Shown: positions 59,001 through 64,000 of the stretch, in pieces
Layout: each line of letters opens with the position of its first letter
Position numbering within the stretch: the stretch's first letter is position 1
Made by a program: the position numbers and the translations under genes
NCBI GenBank assembly: GCA_965112735.1
Contig: OZ218963.1
Location: 2,108,001 to 2,172,000, forward strand
Source of the DNA: Phaeosaccion multiseriatum
Lineage: Eukaryota > Protista > Ochrophyta, other classes
Direction of reading: 5' to 3'
Length of the DNA: 64,000 bases
The notes under the pieces: model-generated
The model's input: the letters and a program-made list of their open reading frames with translations, nothing else
What the model was told of the DNA's origin: nothing
The model's database searches: none

Positions 59001-62000
59001 CAACACCAGCAACAGACGGAGACGTTAGGTACCAGCCGTTCCATCATACACGGGGTTTTCTGTGCTGGAACTGAGAGAGCTGACGCCGCCACACGATTAA
59101 CAAACATAAACACATTACATACATACCTAGCCACAACATCGAGGTTCACGTCCTTGGCGAGCTTCTTGGTTTTGGTGTAGAGCTCCAGAATCTGCTTGCG
59201 CCCCAAGATGTCGGGCAGAGGCACTGACACGTGGCGGTCGAACCTGCCGGGCCGGGTCAGAGCAGCGTCAAGGCCTGTGCTCGCGGAGGGGAGGGGAAAA
59301 AGGGGGAGGGGAGAGCAACAAAGAAGGGACACACACAGAGATAGAAACATACCAAACGTGACAACGAGCGAGTGTCAGGGGATTCGTCCGCTTGGCTGTG
59401 TCCACGTACACAGATCAATGGATGGTCCATACATACACGGCGCGTCATGTGAACTTTTCCTCTTGGGTTGGTAGCATCTACCTACCCACCTTCTGGGAAA
59501 TTGGTGGCGGCGATGACGATGACTCCCTGGTTCTGCTCGAATCCGTCCATCTCCACAAGGAGCTGATTCAGCGTCATCTTCATGGCTGTCTGCTCCTTCA
59601 GGTGCCTGAGGGGTGAGTGGTTTAAAGGATAAGACAGGTATGACACGACAGAGAAAGAGAGACAGATGCAAAGACAGAAAGGCAAGATGGATGGACAAAG
59701 GAGGGACAGTAAAACGCACACATTGTTGGCAGCTTCTATCGTCACAACCTTTCCTCTTCGTGTCTATCTGTCAAAAGACCCCGAATGAGCAACGAATCAA
59801 AAGAGACAACAGTTGAGGCACGAGGACAGCAAATCCTTGCTTGTGTCTGTCGAACAACCACCTTTCCACCTGGGGAGGGGCCAAGACAGCCTCAATCTTG
59901 GGGCGGCCCCATCACCATCACCCAGGTCACTCAGGTCAGTCAGAGAGTAGCACGCTCCTCCGCTCGTCACCTGCTTCCGCCGATGGCATCTATCTCGTCA
60001 ATAAATATGATGCATGGGCTCATCTTCTTGGCGCTTTCGAACAGGTCCCTCACACGCTTGGCGCCCACACCCACGAACATCTCCTCAAACTCCGAGCCTG
60101 TCAGTGATCAGTAAGTCGGTAAAGGAGAGGGGGGGGGGAGGGAAGAAGACCATAACGCTAACGTTACTCCGGGAGCACGAGGAAGGAGGGGGGGGAGAGG
60201 TGCAGAGGAAGAGCACAAGACGCACGCGCACTTCACTTTCAGTCCTCATTCTACAGGTTGCCTTGCTCTCTCTCTCCTCCCTTACGTACCTGACGTGTAG
60301 AAGAAAGGCACTCCGGCCTCTCCTGCAATCGCCCGCGCCAGAAGCGTCTTGCCTGCGTAAGCCCGAGCAGAGAGTACAGCACAACAAAACAGTTTATATG
60401 CATTCCATTCAAAATGTCTCCCGGCATAGAGGCATACGGCAAAGACTCGGATGATCGACGTATCATGAAGCGGAAGGCAAAGATGGCTTTTACAGAAGTG
60501 ATGTGCCCGAACAAGAGGGAGCCTCCCTACCTGTTCCGGGCTGGCCGAGCAGCAGCATGCCCTTGGGTAGCTTGCCCCCCAACCGAGTGAACTTGTTGGG
60601 GTCCCTGAGGTACATTACAATCTCCTCCAGCTCAGCTTTGGCCTACACAAGAACAAGGGGGGCAGAGAATGCAGGGCAGAAGAGTGCAAAGGAGTACTAA
60701 ATTTAGGGATGGTGGTGGGTGGGGGGGGGGGTCGGCGGGGCGGCACTACGCCCCCGAGTGAGCTGAGAGGGCAGCCGATAACTCCACAACATGGCCGCAC
60801 GTTGGTAAGCAACTGGCTTCGTAACCGCTTCCTTCTGGCATCCATTCACAGTTCGTGTCAAGTCTGGTGCTGACGAGACGCGTCCGCCATCTCGTGCGGG
60901 GGACTCACCTCATCCACGCCTACCACGTCACTAAAGCGTTTGTCGCTCTTCTCTGCCATGTGAATATTACTCCTGCTCGTAGGGAGAGGGGGTTAGGAGT
61001 GCAGAGAACAAAAGGAAGAAGAAGAATAATAATAAGAAAAAGAAGAAGAAGAAGAAGAAGAAGAAGAAGAAGAAGAAGAAGAAGAAGAAGAAGAAGAAGA
61101 AGAAGAAGAGGAAGAGGAAGAAGAGCAGCCCCAGGAGCAAGAGGAAGAGCGAGCGACTACCCCCGGCAATCCCGCCGGTCCGTGTCTATTCGCTGACTTA
61201 CGCCGGCATGCCGAGCTTGCCGAGTCCTCCTCCATCCATGAGTGCCCCCACTGCGGAAAGAACAAGGAAGGTCACTCCCAAGGTGCGCACCAACTTCCAT
61301 GCCTGGAAGGTAGGGAAGGGGAGTCAAGACGTTTGGGACGGGGGGGCGGGGGAGGAGGAGTAGCAGCAAGTACGAGTCCGTCAGTCGTACGCTAATGCCT
61401 GTGGTATGAAATAATGCCAAAGAGGAGGGGGCTTTGGGTTGAAAGACTTGCCTGGCTCTTCCAGCCAGCGCCCTCCCCAGCGCCCATGGTAACGTGCAAA
61501 GGGTCCTGGGCCGAGCTTCCTGCCCCTGGGCACATGAGAGAGAGAGAGAGGAGGAGATAAAGGCGAGGAGTGTCACTGCTGCTCTGGGGCCCTGCATATC
61601 TGACTGCCTTCAAGAATACTTCCATCCTCTCCTCCCCCTCTCCCCTCCCCCTCTCCCCTCCCGGTCCTCCAGTTCTCCAGTCCCCCACCCCCCCCTCTTT
61701 TCGTCCCTTGACACCCTCCCCTCAGTCCCTCTTCCCCGCCCCTCCGCTCCTCACCTACAGCGCCCATGCCACCCATTCCCATTCCCTGCATCCCTCCTCC
61801 TCCTCCCGCCGCCGCCACTGCTCCACCCTCTCCTGCATTGAGCATGCCCTGAACATGCGGCAGGTGCAGCTTCCCCGTGAGCGCCAGAGCTGCGATGTGC
61901 TCCTTAATGACCGCCTCATTGTTAGTGGCGTACTTGCCGCTGTTGATCCACTGCAGCGTGGCCTCCGGATAGGACTTGTTGAGCTCGCGCAGAAACCTTG

Positions 62001-62494
62001 CCTGGAGATGGATTACAAAAGCATTGGTTCTTTTATAGAGGAATTAAGCTGGGAGAAGACGAATTGTCCACTCTTGCTTTTCGAGGCGGGGTGAAGAGAA
62101 GGGAAGGGGGGGGAGTCTTTCATGGAGGGTGCCGCTCTCCGGTCAGCAGTGATGCGCTCTATTTGGCTGCGCCGCGCCCTTTGCCATGCTCCACACGACA
62201 AACATCCTTGGAAGCTCACGACTTGCCCCAGCAAGCACAACATGGAGAACGGACCTGGCTTGTAGGGTCGTTGGGGTTCTTGGCGGCGATGGCCTCGAGC
62301 TGCTTTAGCCGAGCAGTGCTGAATATCTTGCCGACAAAGGCCCGCTGCTGCTGCTGCTGGGCAGCTGCTCGTACTGAAGGCCACCCTCCCGTTCCCCCAA
62401 CTCCCGCTACTGCGGCTGCCGCCCCACCTCTCCTCGTCGCTGCTGACGCTGCTGGTGCCACCCCCCCTCCGCGCCCCGCCAACCCGCGGAGCAT
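56009..62494 (-). CDS. YME1: Mitochondrial i-AAA protease FtsH (YME1/FTSH4-like), multi-exon
   Basis: [78 protein letters not shown], zinc motif [15 protein letters not shown]. Single TM segment and YME1-type N-terminal domain. Confidence 0.93.
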
Positions 62495-62965
62495 CTCAAC
62501 AGGGCCCGCTACTTTTCGAGACGAGACGCACAAGGAGTAACCCTCTCCTGATTGCTTATTGCAAGGGCTTCTTTTCAGTAAAGAAGAATGAAGGGGAGGA
62601 AGGGGGGTGGGGGAGGGAGAGAAGAGCGAAGGAACAGAGAATCGAAATCGAATAGTTTTCTCGACATCGAAACTTCCACTTCCTTTACGAGTCTATTTTT
62701 CATTTTTTTTTTTTTTTTTTTTTATTTCCACCCTCTCTCGATCTCTCTCCCTGACAATGTACGATAAAAGTGTTGATAGCCACACCGAATTTGGGAAGAA
62801 GACGTGTATTGAAGTAGTGCACTACGCACCCGTGGCCTAATATCCTACTCTGCTCCTATTACTGTGTGGCTTCACCCATGATACAGCGGGACACATGTAC
62901 CAGGGCCAGGGCTTCAAGGGGCCACAGAACACCACAGGGGCTTCTCGTCAGCCTGCTAAAGTCGC

Positions 62966-63969
62966 TCACTTCTTCTCCTTCTTCGCGGCGATCTTAGCCT
63001 GTTTGGCGTCCCACTGAGCCTTCTTCTCGGGCGACATGGCGGCGATGCGCGCGTCCTTCGCCGCCTTCCACTCAGCCTTCTCCTCTGCGGTCATGTTCTT
63101 CCGCGCCTCGCGTCTCGCGGCCTTCCTCTCGGCCTTGCGCCTGTCCCGTCTCGCCTCGAAAGCCTCGAGCTCCTCGGGGGTCATGGCGGCAATCCTCGCC
63201 TCCCACGCCGCCGCGCGTGCGGCCCTCTCCTCGGGGGACTCGTTCTTCATGACCTCCATCCAGGCCTTTCGCCTCTCCTCTCTCTTTCCGTCCTTGTTGT
63301 CGTCGTTCTCGTCGTAGGAGGCGTCAGATCCCTCATCGGGCTCAGAGTCGGAGTCCTCCGCATCCTTGGCTGCCCTCCTTGCCTTCCTCTCCTCGGGCGT
63401 CAGCTTTCCACCTAGGTGCCCAAAGACAGGAATGAGGCAATGGGAAGTGGGGGGGCAGAGGCGGGAGTGGGGGGAGGGGGGGTGGAAAAGGCCAGGGGAA
63501 GGCCAGGGGAAGGGGAAGAAATATTCGCAAATTTTGGGCTGAGTCGACGAGCGAAGCGGTGATACTTCAAAGTTGTGCCAGGAGCCGCCGAGGAGTGTCA
63601 TCACACTCCGAATGGAAGGACCGAGGCACAGAGTTGACAGAGAGGGAGGGGTGCGAAGAAGGGGAAACCCAACACAAGTTTGCAAAGAACAGAACACTTC
63701 AAGGCAAAGGAAGGAAGGATGAGGAGCGGAGAGGAAACGCTGCACCGCTCCAAATGGCCACAAGCCCCGCCCTCCTGGTGCTGCTTCTGGGCTAGGGCCG
63801 GTACTACCACCGCCGCCGCCTCTGCCACCGCTTCCTCGCCCCTTCCTTTTCCGCGTGGATTCCATTTTCACTCAAAGATACGGGCGAGTCAACAAAAAGC
63901 CTCTTCACCAGTTGTATACCCTCTTCCACCTCTTTTCCTCGCCCACAGCCCCGCGGGCTCACCTGGCAT
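62966..63969 (-). CDS. Hypothetical 150-aa K/E/A/R-rich protein with [ML][TS]PEE repeats; 2 exons
   Basis: 7-nt first exon ATGCCAG|GTGAGC (63969-63963) splices to 63411 (CTAG|GT), giving MPGGKLTPEERK... Strong GC3 codon bias in exon 2. Confidence 0.7.
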
Positions 63970-64000
63970 GATGTCTTGAGTGGTAAAGTCTGGAAGTTCT

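Overview
Eukaryotic genomic DNA, intron-rich and microsatellite-rich; by inference a flagellated protist or alga, probably a stramenopile. Eleven spliced protein-coding genes are supported: the 3' part of an axonemal inner-arm dynein heavy chain (DNAH1-like), a TEX49-like/EF-hand protein, a sperm-tail PG-rich-repeat (STPG/ODF3-like) protein, cyclophilin H (PPIH) head-to-head with PRP8, a small multi-pass membrane protein, a PWI-like/RGG protein, a HHIP-like (GSDH) membrane protein, COQ5, mitochondrial FtsH/YME1 and a small charged repeat protein. The intergenic spaces hold several unannotated non-autonomous DNA transposons. These are nested TA-target TIR elements, a fold-back element with CCCTAA/TTAGGG in its termini, a TCGACCCCTGAC-ended family with a 6-bp TSD, and two ~2-kb elements with Helentron/HINE architecture (subterminal inverted repeats, GCGNAGC mini-hairpins, internal tandem duplications, cargo ORFs). 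Introns show a transcription-oriented G-rich-5'/C-rich-3' polarity, and several lack a polypyrimidine tract. No rRNA, tRNA, CRISPR array, intein or transposase was recognised. Exon boundaries and family assignments were made by eye and from recall, without database searches.
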